From contig JADEYG010000002.1 of the NCBI GenBank assembly GCA_016906335.1, forward strand, positions 310,001 through 374,000: DNA of 64,000 nt. The letters are read 5' to 3'. Below, one piece after another: positions 42,627 to 55,847 of the stretch. This DNA is from Novakomyces olei. Its lineage: Eukaryota. The notes under the pieces are model-generated. The model worked only from the letters and a program-made list of their open reading frames with translations. It searched no databases and had not been told where the DNA came from. Both the position numbers and the translations under genes were made by a program. The number at the start of each line of letters is the position of its first letter. Within the stretch, counting starts at the first letter, position 1.

Positions 42627-43129
42627 TACTTATCGAAGCTCGAGGTTTTGCAGCTTTGTATTTCAGATTTGTTTTATATTTTTGTTTGTTTTTGTATTAT
42701 TTAATCTCAACATTCTGTTTTTCCAATTATCCCTCATGCTTTTGATTTCGATTTTTATTGTTGCCATTACCGGTATTCTTTCTAGCAATTCTATTCGTTC
42801 TCGAGGTGGACTTGAGCGTGCCGAGTCGCTGACTCGACTGTATTATGTAATGTACAATACTAATTTCCTTTAAAAGTCTTATTTGAATGTATCTGCGTAC
42901 TTGTACAATAAATCAAACCCTTTCAGCCTTTCAGGTGAGAAAAATCTTTGCATTCGCTCTTATGGTCCATCTTTTGGCTAATCAAAAAATTGCCGTGAAT
43001 GGAGTAGTATAAATGTTTTGGGAGAAAATACAATTGTAATCAGTGTAAATTAGTTTTTATTCATTTTTTCATGTTTTATGTATTTGCCTGTATAAATTGC
43101 AATAACACCCTGCTCGTGATTCAAGCATT

Positions 43130-43795
43130 TTAATACGTGAGCGCTTGAAAGCAGCAGTCTCGAGCGACTTGTCTCAGCTGGGATCGTGAGCGGCTTGCGA
43201 CAGACCTTATACACCGCATAAGTCGCGCGTCCTCAGAATCGATCCCCTGCATTCTATACTTTATATTGCACATTCGTGATACCCAAATACAAGTATCCCT
43301 AGCAGAAAACCGTGCACAATGGTACTTGGCAGAGGGAAACAATATCCAATACGGCTCCTCACACTCTTCAAAAGCTGAATTGTAAAATAGATTGAAGTGC
43401 CAATGAACGTCAAATGACTCCAAATTTCTCTGGTCGTACTCTTCCTTCGATGGAGAACGCGTTTTTCGTTCAAGCGCAGTCGCGCTCCCATCAATTCGTT
43501 GCGTATCGTTTGCGATGATGATTGTACTGTTATCGCCATCAAGATTAGAGGCCGCATTATCCAATTCGCTAGAGTTGCTGGCATTTGTTGCACCACTGTC
43601 CAATTGCGCTATTAAAGTATTATTGCTGGCCTCACGTTCATATGGCGACAATTCATGGCTTTGGACGCTAGCCGATCCGTCTGCCTCTGCTAATGCTGAC
43701 TCATTTTGCTGTTGCTGGCAGTTTGCCAGACAGAAGAGGAGAAACGGTAGCAGGACTCTCGTGCTCGTTCGAGGGATAGCGAGCATCGAGAGCAT
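43130..43795 (-). CDS. Putative secreted Cys-rich protein; start at 43795 or a nearby ATG
   Basis: Hydrophobic signal-like VLLPFLLFCLANC; acidic linker with N-x-S/T sites; C-terminal region with 7 Cys. Confidence 0.65.
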   Translation of the reverse strand: MLSMLAIPRTSTRVLLPFLLFCLANCQQQQNESALAEADGSASVQSHELSPYEREASNNTLIAQLDSGATNASNSSELDNAASNLDGDNSTIIIANDTQRIDGSATALERKTRSPSKEEYDQRNLESFDVHWHFNLFYNSAFEECEEPYWILFPSAKYHCARFSARDTCIWVSRMCNIKYRMQGIDSEDARLMRCIRSVASRSRSQLRQVARDCCFQALTY

Positions 43796-44378
43796 TGCTG
43801 TGTTTAGTCTAGATTGATTAGTATGAGGCACGAAGATAGATTGCCGTCAGCGGCAGTTTGGTGATTTATAGATATACGCCAATTTTTGAAACTCGCCGGG
43901 AAAGAGAAACACACTAAGGCTAGACGGAGAATAAATTTAAAAAAGAAGACGAGAACTCGTATAGTGCAGCACTAAAATTTCTAGACTAATGTAAAAGACA
44001 AAACATATAAAACACAGAATGTACAGAGAGAGAAAAAAAAAAACGACATATAATGAGGCTAAACAAAAGGCTCAATGTACTCAAGAAATATACAATTGCA
44101 TCGTCACTCACGTTTGGGCATCAACAAACTAGTCACGTTTATTTGTGAGACATGTTTTTGATCAAGCAATAATGATTGGCGGGCTCCACACAGAAATTTA
44201 CCAGCATCAAGGCTTGCGAGTTGAGCAAACTTAGTGAGCGGATGGAATATATCGCTGATGTTGCATTAAACCTCCGTCAAAAGGCTCGTAACCTCAGATG
44301 GTACTAAACACTAAAAGTGTTCAACAAATGAACACATCTTGGTCAAGTATATGCATTTCATAGCAAGACGCTAAATTC

Positions 44379-45312
44379 TTATTTTTTATTTCGCGGAGGT
44401 TTAGTTGCCTTGTTTCGAATAACTCGAGCCTCCAGCCAATCAAGAGCTTCCTCAACTCCATCCCTATACAGCTATAGTGAGAAATAGGAAACACGTTTGG
44501 TAGCACAAAAGAAATAGTAAATAAAAAATAAAAGTAAATAATAAAGATAGAGTAGAATAATGTAACGCTAATTTTTAGAGGCAGAATTATAATGTCGGAA
44601 TGTGTCCTTTACCCTTTAAGAGCACTGACAGCAAGGACTGTACCCTCACTGGCGTCTAAAAGCTCTGCGATCCGATTAAAACCGCGTTCTTTAATCATTT
44701 CAATAGGGAGGGCGCCCGGCTTATCCTGCTTATTTGCGAGCATAAGCACTGGAATATCTTTTAATCTGTCGTCCGTCATAACTTTCTCTGAATTTGTCAG
44801 TTTACTAGAACATTATATTTTATTGCCAGCGTTTCCTCTTACCCAACGTATCAAGGCACTCCTGTACCCTATCGGTATCTGCAGAATCAACGACAAATAC
44901 GAGAGCATGGCATTCGTCGTAATAATTTGACCAGAGTGTCCGAAGGTTTTCTTGCCCGCCAAGATCCCAGAACAGGAGGGAACAGCTCTTGCGATTTATT
45001 TTCGTGACTTTAACGGTGAGTAAGATATAAAGTTAATGTAAAGTACAGATCAGCTGAAAAAAATTAGAGTGGATATTGAATGTAGTACCATTCTGGCCGA
45101 CTGTCGGCGTAATTGAGTCTGGATCAAGTGCGTGAAGTCGGTTCATACGCTTTATTTGCTCAGTCAATGTCTGCCAAGATTAGTAAATAAAAATCTAGTA
45201 ACATTGAACGGCCACTGACCGTTTTTCCCGCATTATCAAGGCCTAAAACAAGGACTGCGTATTCGTCCCGTCGGCGCCATTGCCGATAAAGGCTTGACAC
45301 GAGTGTGAACAT
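44379..45312 (-). CDS. ARL3: ARF-like GTPase Arl3/ARFRP1, 5 exons
   Basis: Non-myristoylated MF start; LVLGLDNAGKT, TPTVGQN, WDLGGQENLRTLW, ANKQD, SALKG|DGVEEALDW. Confidence 0.93.
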
Positions 45313-46913
45313 TTGTTGAAGATGAGGATGAATCAAGTTGCACAAAGAATATATAAATCTATTGAATAAAAAGCAAAATAGTTGACGTATTCTAAAAGCT
45401 AGCATAATATTCATTGCTTATTAATGAATGAATTGTACTGTATATTTCATACTTTTTGCACTAGATATTCCATGTACTATCTGTTTTATCACTCTGTATT
45501 TCTATTATTTGCTAATTTTCATTCTATGACCCTTCATTGTTTTTATTAACTTTTATTCGATATATCGAATTTGTATTAATGCCAGTAAATATTTATCGTT
45601 CATTACATTATAATTTGATATATTATTAAACCTTTATTGTGGTGTTCGACTAATCCCCGCGCTATCTAAAATATTTACGAGTGTCAACTCAACAAAACAA
45701 GTGTGTCAGTCACGGTAAGCGCATAAAATCGGGCTCCGGAACAATATATTCATTTAAATAGAGTTGATAGTTCTGCCTTCCAAACGGTGACGAAGGATCT
45801 GTTTAGCAGCTAATTGAACAAAGAAAATTTACCTTATTTGTAATACAGTGTAAAATAATCTTCTCGGCTTGGCTGGATTTTGAGACGCAAACGTAACTAC
45901 TACTCTTATGGTGTAAATACTGAAAAAAAGTTTAATAATGTCGGAATTTTACAATATACACATACACTGTATGTCCTATAGAATTTTACAAGGTTTGTCG
46001 TGGCAACATGACAGAATCGGCAATGTCGTGGCAGAAGAACCCAAGAGCGAGAACAGTGTCCCCGCGTCATACGATGATCGGCCAATTCCAGAATTGCCTA
46101 CAGTTTGGGTTTCCGAACTGTACTTCCAAAGCCTAATATTATTTATCGCACAATCCAAAGCCCAATGGCCCAAACTTATTATATTGTAAGAAGTTCAGTG
46201 TTGAAACTCGCAACAATTCATCGCGAGTCTTTTAGCGTGGACTAGACTCAACTTTCAACCATCTACTTGTCGACACCTTTTCTCTTTTTCTGGGGTAGCA
46301 AATGACAAATTACGCGTAAACTGCCCGTTTACGTTCTAGACCAAACAAATTCCTATGCTTAATCGACCGCGAGTACGTACTATTCAATACTTTGTACTCA
46401 GGGTCATCTGAGGTGCGTGAAACGAGCACTGAAAACAACTACAAGAATCGCTATTGCCACGCTAGTATTGGCATTTCTTGCGAAAATTGCTTTAGCTGTG
46501 CCGATTGTATCCCGCAGTGCCACTGCTCCATTTCCCAATAGCCGATAAAATGCAGTAGCCGAAGGAAAAAAAATAAAATAAAATAAAATAAAAGTAGAGC
46601 GAGTGTACATGTAATCCGATTTCCCCATATATATTATAGTCGCCTCTATTGGGAGAATGTCCGTTCTCGCGTAGTCCGCCACCCGAAAATTACATAGCGG
46701 GAAAAACCGGAATGTCAAAGAAAGGTGGGAGACCCTTTCCAAATGGGGCCTTACCCCGGGTTTTGCCCGAAAAGTTGTATAATAATTGCGCTACAGGGTT
46801 CCCGTTGCGCCGGTGCGCACATGTAAATTTACGTTTACCACTAAAACAGGGAGGCAAGAAAAACAGTATATAAATCTACACGGCCAGCTGTCCGTCATCG
46901 CCAAGACTACAGT

Positions 46914-47243
46914 ATGGAGGAGCCAGTAGTGCCGTTAGCAGCGCCCTTTCCCAGTCCGTCAGCAGCTTCTGCGCTTCACAGCGATCCGTTCAGCCATCGA
47001 GCGGACCACTATGGCTCTCGAACAGATTCGTACAGTGCTCTTGGTGGTGGACATTGTCAGTTTGGCGCGGCGCCTCTTTACTGCTCACCTTCACAGTCTC
47101 CTCTACTACAGCCACAGCAGCCTTCAACAGCACCGCGGCTAAACTTGCTTCAAGTTGCTGCACAAAGGGCAGAAATGTCGCTTCTGCTGGACGACTTGGC
47201 AGGATTTGATCTCGGGTCAGGAGGAGACACTAATCGTGGATAG
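46914..47243 (+). CDS. Small intronless hypothetical protein (109 aa)
   Basis: TATATAAA about 45 bp upstream; Pro/Ser-rich N-terminus; helical block LNLLQVAAQRAEMSLLLDDL. Confidence 0.65.
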   Translation: MEEPVVPLAAPFPSPSAASALHSDPFSHRADHYGSRTDSYSALGGGHCQFGAAPLYCSPSQSPLLQPQQPSTAPRLNLLQVAAQRAEMSLLLDDLAGFDLGSGGDTNRG

Positions 47244-47924
47244 TGGCAAACGTACACAAACTCTCGTATTACAGCCCGAAAGTCTTTGACGGTCAAACGA
47301 TGGTTTAGTTTAGACACTCGTCAATACAGAGTGCAGCCATGTCTAACCCTGATCGACTGATCGAAACTCTCAGGTCGATAGCTCTCTCGACTTATTTCGC
47401 CCAAGCTGAGTCTTCATGCTGGCACGCACTGCCATTTGGGACTCGTACGGACCTATAGACTTTGTGTCGATCTGCTTGGTTTAGTATGGGCATTGTCTGC
47501 GCGGTTTGCGCGGGTATTTTGCCACCAACGCTACAATGATGTATTTTATTGTATTATTGGAGCGACTATGGCGGGTGCTCCTTAGGGGGCACACTTTTAT
47601 GAATATATATATACCTTTTAATGAATATCTTACCAATAATCCTTGCATTTGTTCGGCCACAGTTGTAGTATCAGACTATGTAGTATCAAGAATCCAGTAT
47701 TGCACTCTGGTATTGGTATCCAATACTCAACAAACTTTGCTATTCGAATAAATAAATTGTACAAACGTAGACTACACACGACATATTACCATAGTGCAAC
47801 GCTACTTTTAATAGCACAAGATTAAAATGCAATACGTAATTCTAACCAAACAGCTTCTCGTCACCTGTAAAGCGTATTCGAACCATAAATAAGACAATCA
47901 ACAAGTCAAACACTTTTTTGCTTT

Positions 47925-49717
47925 TCATTTAAATATCGGCAAAAACTGGCCGATAATCATCATGGGGATATCAAAAATGTCACGCTTAAATGTAAAACAG
48001 GCACTGCAAGAAATGGGATATCCTGTCCTGCTCATAAGGACACAAGTACTAGTAACATGGCTCGTGTCCGCAAAAGCGTGTGAGGCAAAATGCTCAAAGT
48101 ATTCAATGGTAGAAGAGTCATCAAACAGCTCAACGATGAACGTAGTCTTGTTAGATAACAGTTGCTCCTTTCGCCAGCCGGTAAGCAAGCAAAATTCTTT
48201 TCCTACCGTTTCGATCTGGCAAGTTCGTCGCCAAATAGCCGTCGGTGTCCCGCTCAAACTTATAAACTTTTCATACTCAAACAAGGCCCTTTGAAATGCA
48301 CGTTCAGCAAAAATAAGGTCCTCCTCATTAAGCGTCTTTGTACACGCAATGAACGACGGCCGATAGGACGAGATAGCCTGTGCTACCCGTACCAGATCTT
48401 GCCGATTAAATCGCCTCCGCAGGTAGTTGTTCAAACCAGAGTAAACGTCAGTATACCTAAAAGGTTGTTGGACACTAGAGTAAATCTCGTGAGAATTCGT
48501 TGGCCGATTTGACATTCGAGACCACCGTAAGGGCCCTGCCTGCTGATTTTGTTGATTTGCTTGCATTTTGGCCGGATACAAGAAAGAATTTGATAAAGAT
48601 GAAGTGTCTTGAGGGCCAGAAGTCTGTTGAGGCGTTGTATGATTTGAGCCACTACTGCTACCAGGGCCTCCTCCCCCTTCAGCGCTCGACCCAGCTGTTG
48701 AAAGGGGCGGTTGGATGGGTGAAGTTTGGAACCGCGCACTTGCTGTTTCAGGCGGGGCATCAGGAACGTTACTCAACATGCTTGACATCATCGAATACTC
48801 TAGCTGGGCTGCATTAGAGCCAAAGAGCACGTTGCTGTCTGCTAATGAAGCTGGAGCTGGCGCTAAAGCTGGAGCTGGAGCTGGAGCCGTAGCCAGCGTC
48901 GGAGTAGTAGCTGAGCCTTGTGGTGGCGCTGGAGTAATTGCAGAAGGCTCTTCCTTGCTTTCGTCGTATTTAAGGCCTTTAATTTAGTATATTTCACCAA
49001 ACAACATTCGAATATTCAATTGATTAAACAAATTGGCTCTTACCACTGTCCCTTAATACCGGTGACTTTAATGAAGCGCTATCGTTCTCTATACAGGATG
49101 ATTAGCATAAAGTCAGCTTACCCAATAAAGCAATCCAAAAAATGTAAAAAATTTTAAAACCAAAGATGGAAAAATGAATCAACGAATGGACGATGAAGAT
49201 TATAGGCAATAATCTAGTTAAAAAGAAAAGTAAAAAGCAAATGCAAATCATACCATCTTCTTTCAAATATTTTGCCTTCTTGCGAACCCCATCTTGACAC
49301 GTGTTTTGAAGACCTCGTTTGATACAACGCTGGCACGGCCGTCCTTTGAAGATTAGTAAACTCCTGGTCAGAACTGTAGATGAGATTGGAATTAAAAAAA
49401 AAGCAAAGACTGCAAAAATATGAATTATAAAGACAGAAATTAGCATGACTCATACCATTGTCGCAGGTCAAATGAGCGCGCTGGCAGTGATTACAAGCCC
49501 GAGCTGCTTTCCTCCGTTTCTTGTGACCCTCATTATTTTGTAATGCTGCAATATCAGTCGGGTTAGAGCCCAGTTTCGTGTTTTTCAGGTCTGCTGAAGA
49601 AATTGGCACCTTCTGTGGAGGCGCTTGAGGGGCGCTCGCGGTGCCGCTGCCTGCGTCATAGTACTGGGGCGACAGTTTCGGGGGTTGACTGACGCCTAGA
49701 TCTGGCTCTTCAGCCAT
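47925..49717 (-). CDS. ERT1: Zn2Cys6/PAS transcription activator of gluconeogenesis (Ert1/AcuK), 4 exons
   Basis: [78 protein letters not shown]. Confidence 0.92.
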
Positions 49718-50439
49718 GATTCTGCATGGATGATGAATTTGTATATATTATTTTAGTATGACAATTTTCAACCCTCCAGTTTTCTTCTGCCTATAAATGT
49801 ACACACTTTATTTTTTTAAATATATTTATGAAATATCCACTCACGCCTCTGACTATCTTGATCTCAATTTGTTTAGCCTATTTTATAGAACATCTTGCAT
49901 AATACACATTTGTTTCTAGAAAACAGGCCGGTCGACGATCAAAGCAGCAAATTTACGGATTATTTAACGATGCTTTCTCAGCACCAAAATTTCTAATTTA
50001 TCTCATTGTCAACGACATTTTGAGATAGTTTGAGTATTTTATTACTAAAGAAACACCTACGCGATAATAGCACTGAGCTGCATTTAATTATGGCCAAATC
50101 GCACCGAATACCGATGACAAAGTGTGGAGCAATAATAGACTTGTCAACTCCCACATTTGCAAATCTTCTCTATACCAAATCGTCATGTAATCTTATTCGC
50201 TTGTCTGCGTTGCAATATTTAAGTTTTAGTTCATCTTTGTCAAGTAACGCTATAATAAAATATTATATACGCACAATCACTATACAAATTAAACTTCAAA
50301 TTATCTGAAATCTTGTGCCAAAGATAGGTAAAATAATTAATCAAGATAAAAAAAAAATACGTCGTTTATTTACATTTTCATATGCCGATCAAAAGGACTT
50401 TACTGTCTAGACCATCAGCCTTGAGCAATTGCGGGCTCA

Positions 50440-51438
50440 ATGTCGCTTCTCTTGGAGCCAGATAAGCGTATGAAATACTGCGATCATCGACAGAAATAGT
50501 CTTGCTTAAATTAACTTGGTTCCAGCCCACTCGGCCTTCAAAAATTTCGATATTAATCATGCCGACGATGTAGAGGTACCTAATCTCGCTTATCGTTCAC
50601 TACGCAATCTAACGCCTCCTAGTATAAACGGTTACGTGATGCGGCAGCTCAAGAAGCAACTGTTAGAGACCGACTACTGTCGCAATCGCAGCAGGCTTAT
50701 AAAGCAGGCGACGGCGAGCGCGCACACGCGCTCTCTGTAGAGGGTAAAAAACATGATGCAGCAATGGATCGTTTCAATGCACAAGCAGCGGATTTTGTAT
50801 TACGTGCAAACAACACAGACTCTGCTCCAGACGAGCTTGATCTGCATGGCCTGTATGTGAGCGAAGCAGAAAATGCTGTTGAGCAACGGCTCATGGCTTG
50901 TCAACAGCGCGGCGAGAATCATTTGAAAATGTAATTGAGCTCTGTACTATTTACTCCATATGACACTAATTGTTACAATCTATATCTAACTTGGTTTTGA
51001 TCTATTCAATTAGTATCTTGATTTGCTTTTTTTCTCCCTTAAATTTGTTGGTCACATTTTATTTCACAGTATTCTAATTCAAGAATTGTCGGGAAGGGCA
51101 CGCATTCACGAAACCATGTGCAAAAGCTACGTCCAGCAATCGAGGCTCTTTGTGCTCGTCATGACCTCAGTTATCATATTGACCAGCACAATGCAGGAGT
51201 CTTGGTCGTTCTGCTAAATGCTGCCGGTCAATTTCCTGGGCCTGGTGTTGCGAACAATGCTGGATATGCGCCAAATGCTGGTTATAACGCTGGATACGCT
51301 AATACGGGATACAATGCTGGAAATGCTGCGGGAGCCGGCAAACACGAAAAAAGGAAAAAGTTTTTGTACTATGCAAAGCGTTTTGGGCCGCGCATTCTCA
51401 AAAAATTGTTTCGTATGTTTATGAAGAATGCACGATAG
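50440..51438 (+). CDS. DUF1771 + Smr-domain protein (YPL199C-like), 4 exons
   Basis: YKRLRD.A..E, SQQAY..GDG..A..LS.EGK.H, ELDLHGLYVSEA, IVGKGTHS, NAGVLVV. Confidence 0.9.
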
Positions 51439-51606
51439 TGCTGTATCATAGTTATCATAGATATATATACGTATAGATCACAAGTTGATGCATCAATATG
51501 TAAAATTATTTTCAAAGAAATTTGAATGACTTTTTGTCTATGCTTCGATTACAATCGTGCAGTTGCTCTTAAAAATGTACTCGTATATACTATTACGCTC
51601 TGCATG

Positions 51607-52763
51607 TCAATCGGCAAGAGCCCATTGTGAATGAAGAAAATCGATGAATGCCGGCTTGAGCCATTCGCGATCCGTTGGCGGCTTCATACGATGAATACCG
51701 AGAAATTGCCTCCGCAACCGCTGTAGTTCTGCCATGGTAACTACGCGTGAGGGCAATACAATAGCGACAGGTATTCCGGCAGCTTTAATCTGGCCGCCGC
51801 CCTCAGGAGAGTCTCGTTGAGCTTCCATGATTATAGAGATTACATCCTGTGTAGCACGATCAAGCTCAGCCAGCATTTGTGAGCTCGTTGTCGGTTTCAC
51901 CATTGTCGATTGATTAGGGACGACTGTCTTGTTAAGAACTAAAGCTGACCACAAAGCATCGATTGATAGTGCAGTATCTGGATCATCGTGCAATACTGCA
52001 AATAATGGTGCGTCCCATCTGTTCATTTCATTCGGTTCTTCGTACCTTAGAATTAATTCTTCCAATCTGTATATTAGTTAAAGCTATTAAAGAGAAATTA
52101 AAATATATATATGGCAGCTTACACGTTGGGAAGGTAAGTATTACCACTGCGCGCGTCATTCCATTGTCGGCAAAGTTCCACGGGTGTTCCCACGCGTACC
52201 TTTTCACGTTAAATCTGTTTACAGATATGGTTTATTTTATCGTTAATATCTTACGACACACGAAGGAGTGGGCACTGCTTTGGCCTCGCAATACAATTGA
52301 TATCGAAACCCTTTAATATAATTTAGCGCGTCGGCTATAACGATCGTATCTTTCGTAAGCAATCGACCAACAGCCGACATGAGGGCACCACGCGCAATCT
52401 TTTCAGTTCGAGCCGCTGGATATTAGCGTATCTTTTAATTAAAAATAAAATAAAAAAAGAAAAGAAAAATAAATAAATAAATATTCCTTTTATTAATGCA
52501 TTTGAATCCTGGTTGAAATGAACAGCATTCAGCCTGGCAATTATAAACAGACTGAAATCAGACAGACAGACGTTGATTAAAAAAGTTTCTCCTATACCTC
52601 CATAAGCATCCTTGCTTATATTCAATGACTCGTCGTTCAAATTCACAGCACGGATCGAAGTCTGGTTTTCGGCTGCTGCCTTTGCGTTCAATTGCTCACA
52701 TATCCGCGTGGCCCATCGTGATTTGCCGCTGCTTGGCAGCCCCGACATCATAATCAACGGCAT
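51607..52763 (-). CDS. KTI12: Elongator-associated P-loop protein Kti12, 4 exons
   Basis: MPLIMMSGLPSSGKS, YIKGFRYQLYCEAK, RYEEPNEMNRWDAPLF, LQRLRRQF. Confidence 0.95.
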
Positions 52764-53020
52764 TTTTCTCGAGCATCGCAAGATGGTACAGCAAATTAGT
52801 GGATTTATGACAGGCCTCTCTGCCTGTGATTATTTAATAAATATTAAGTAGCAAAAACGATGAGGAAATAAATTAAAAAAAAAAAGATAAATAAATATAA
52901 TAAGCTGAGCTTAATAAATTAAACTAAATGGTGATGGCTATATGAGGAGCACGGTGCGAGCGAGGTACGTTTCTCTGATTGGCAAATAAATTATTATTTG
53001 CCTCCGAGTCTTGCCCTTCT

Positions 53021-53984
53021 ATGGACGACGAAGACATTGAAACAGCGTCGCTGTTTCAAGAACCCGAAGGCTTCTACAAACCCCTTCAACCACCAAGTGT
53101 TGTGGTATACGAGCGTGATTCGGCGAAGACGTAAGAATATCTTGGCTTGCTGTTTTAGTAATTCATCTCGTTTTGCAGAACATTAGCCTGTTTAGTGAAT
53201 AGATTGTTCTTAGTTTCAAAAGCTGGTCCTAATATTAAGGCCGCGAAAACTAGAATTAAATTTAGTCGGACAGCATTCGCTTTGGGCACATCATTTATGG
53301 AACGCTGGTCGAGAAATGGCCGCTTATTTGGACACGTCAGAAGGTGGAGCACTTTGCAAGGGCAAAGCTGTTCTTGAGCTTGGTGCTGGTGCGGCAGTAC
53401 CTTCGATAATTGCAAGTTTACAGGGCGCTCGTTTGGTAGTAGCTACCGACTATCCTGACGCTGCGCTTGTGGACAATATGCGTTTAAATTTGCAAAAATA
53501 TGGTACTAATACTGCAATTGCTCTCCCGCACTTGTGGGGGCATGAGGCCCACCTGTTACTTAAAGACGGACCTTTTGATCTTATCATACTGTCTGATCTC
53601 GTATTCAATCATTCTCAGCATGAAGCAATGCTGAGTACATGTCGCACTTGCTTGGCCGAGAGCGGAATTATACTTGTCTTTTTTACACATCACCGGCCGC
53701 ATTTAGCTCAGCGCGATTTGTCTTTTTTTGAGTTGGCTGGGAAATTGGGGTTTCAATCGCACGAATTTGCAACCAATACACATGAGCCAATGTTTGAGAA
53801 GGGTATGATAAGGATGTTTATTTATTATTTATAATTATTTATAATTATTTATAATTATTTATAATTATTTATAATTATTTATAATTATTTTACTGTTTTT
53901 ATTCATTCACTTACAACAGATCCTGGGCCTGTTGAAGTTCGGTCTACTGTGCACTGCTACCGCATGACCTTTGCTAAGCCGTGA
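53021..53984 (+). CDS. EFM7: Protein N-terminal/lysine methyltransferase Efm7 (Nnt1), 3 exons
   Basis: LFQEPEGFY, LVGQHSLWAHHLWNA, VLELGAGAAVPS, TDYPD, DLIILSDLVFNH, FFTHHRPHL, PMFEKDPG. Confidence 0.93.
53831..53890. repeat. (ATAATTATTT)6 tandem repeat in the last EFM7 intron
   Basis: Six exact 10-mers visible. Confidence 0.95.
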
Positions 53985-54484
53985 ACACTTGCAGCAAAGT
54001 ATTATATTTATGATAATGATGTACCATAGATGATAAAATTATATATTTGTTTGTATCTCGCTTGCCAGTGTACTAGTCTTACGATATAAAATATGCATTA
54101 ACAATTGAGTATAGGCATCTCACAAAGCTGAATCCAAACGACACAAACACAACAGTACTCGTTACTGTAACTCCCTCTATCAAATGTTCATTCCACAATA
54201 TATTTGCAGCATATAAGCTGGGCCGGTGATGCATATTACCGTCACGCTCATTGTCCATAAATCATACGCATTTCTTTGCAAATTTAGCTGCTAAAAAAAC
54301 CCCGCTGCTTTCCAATCAATTAATTCCAAAGGATTTCAATCTCGATTAAACAAAAGTTGCGGGTATCATTGAATTGTCGTCAAAATCCAAAACAAAATCC
54401 AAAATAATAGATTCAAATCATAAGGTTTAGAACCCCATAATGTAAGATGTAATAGCAAATCATCAAAATGATGATTGTGGGTTA

Positions 54485-55847
54485 TCAGATATTGATTAGC
54501 CGGCTCTGACGCCTTTGCGGAAACCGCAATTGTAAAGATGGATCGCCATTGTGTTGACGCAAATGCGGTTCACGAACCCCCTGTTGGCGCATTGCAGCGA
54601 GCCGGTTCGGGTCGCGACTGGGTTCATGGCCGCGCTGTATCTGGGCACCGTAGTTTTGACGGTACACGATATTCATCATATCGTTAGCACACAGCACGCG
54701 ACCGGAAAGTTCATAATATTCCTGGTTCAAATAAATTCCACATTTATGGCACCGAAAGCACCGTGGATGGTGCAATCCGCGCTCGCTTTGAACGCATCGG
54801 CCTTCAATGCCAGTCCGGCAAGTCGAACAGAGCGACCCGTTTTGTTCGTGGTAGTGAGTATGGCAAAACGGCCGATCATCGAGCACGTAAAATTCCATAG
54901 TAGGGAACGCGGAACCGCAGGTCTTTGGTTAGTTTAAGGACTCCATTCAACACAAGAAGACTTACATAGCAGGTAAAGCACTGTAAATGGTACTTGCCCG
55001 ACAGTTTACCGTCGTTTGAGCTAACCGCTTTGCCCTGCACTGGCCTCTGACAATGTTTACATTTGGCCAGTGCCGGTCGGGCACTGCGTTTGCCGTCAGA
55101 GGCAGCGCTGCTGGCCATACTGGACATTGAAGTAGAGTAACTGTGGCCGAGCATTGAGCTGCCAGTGACGCTTGTGCCCACTGAGCTTTGCGTTTCTGTC
55201 CTCGAGTGCAGAGACACTGGAGGCGCCGGCCGCGGGTGCTCAAACAGAGGGTGCAGAGTATGAGACCGGCGGCTGTTGCTGCTCTGGTTCCGTAAGCATT
55301 TGTCGCCCACATTGGCAATGGCACTTTGCCTCTTAGTTTCGTCACTTTTGCCACTGTCTCTGCTGTTTTCTTTGCCTTCAAACTGCTCCCTGTGGCAGTG
55401 CGGTTTGGAGCCATCGCTTCTCGTCACAGACTCGTCCCTCCGTGCGTCAATTGCCGCGGCCTTTACGCGAGTATTCAGTTCTTCTATCGAAGGATCTAGT
55501 GCCGCCTTTGCATACGCACTGTCATTGGTGTTTTCGTGCTTTGTGCGTTCCTGCATGTACGTCTTGAGCCGTGCAAAGCGCGATGGTGCAGCTGAAAGGG
55601 GGGGACCTTCTGATTCAAAATTGAAGGCTCCCTGTCGCACAGGCAGAATTGACTGGTGCAGGGAGGCAGTGTGCAGCCTCCGAGGGCTGCGCGGTCTCCG
55701 AGACGGCCTTGCCGGCTCTGCTCGCAGAGGCAGTTCCGGCCGGGCGTGGCAATTGTGCTCTGCTAGCTGGTGCATGGGCACGCGTCGCTGGCACGCGTGG
55801 CACTCTATATCAAGAGCACTGAATCGGGCGGCGGTGTGGGCAGACAT
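54485..55847 (-). CDS. Two-LIM-domain protein (paxillin-like), 2 exons
   Basis: CKHC..YHLQCFTCY|TC..PFCHTH and CSTC..HHPRCFRCHKC..VLCAND LIM patterns; N-terminal CHAC..H.C knuckle. Confidence 0.88.
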
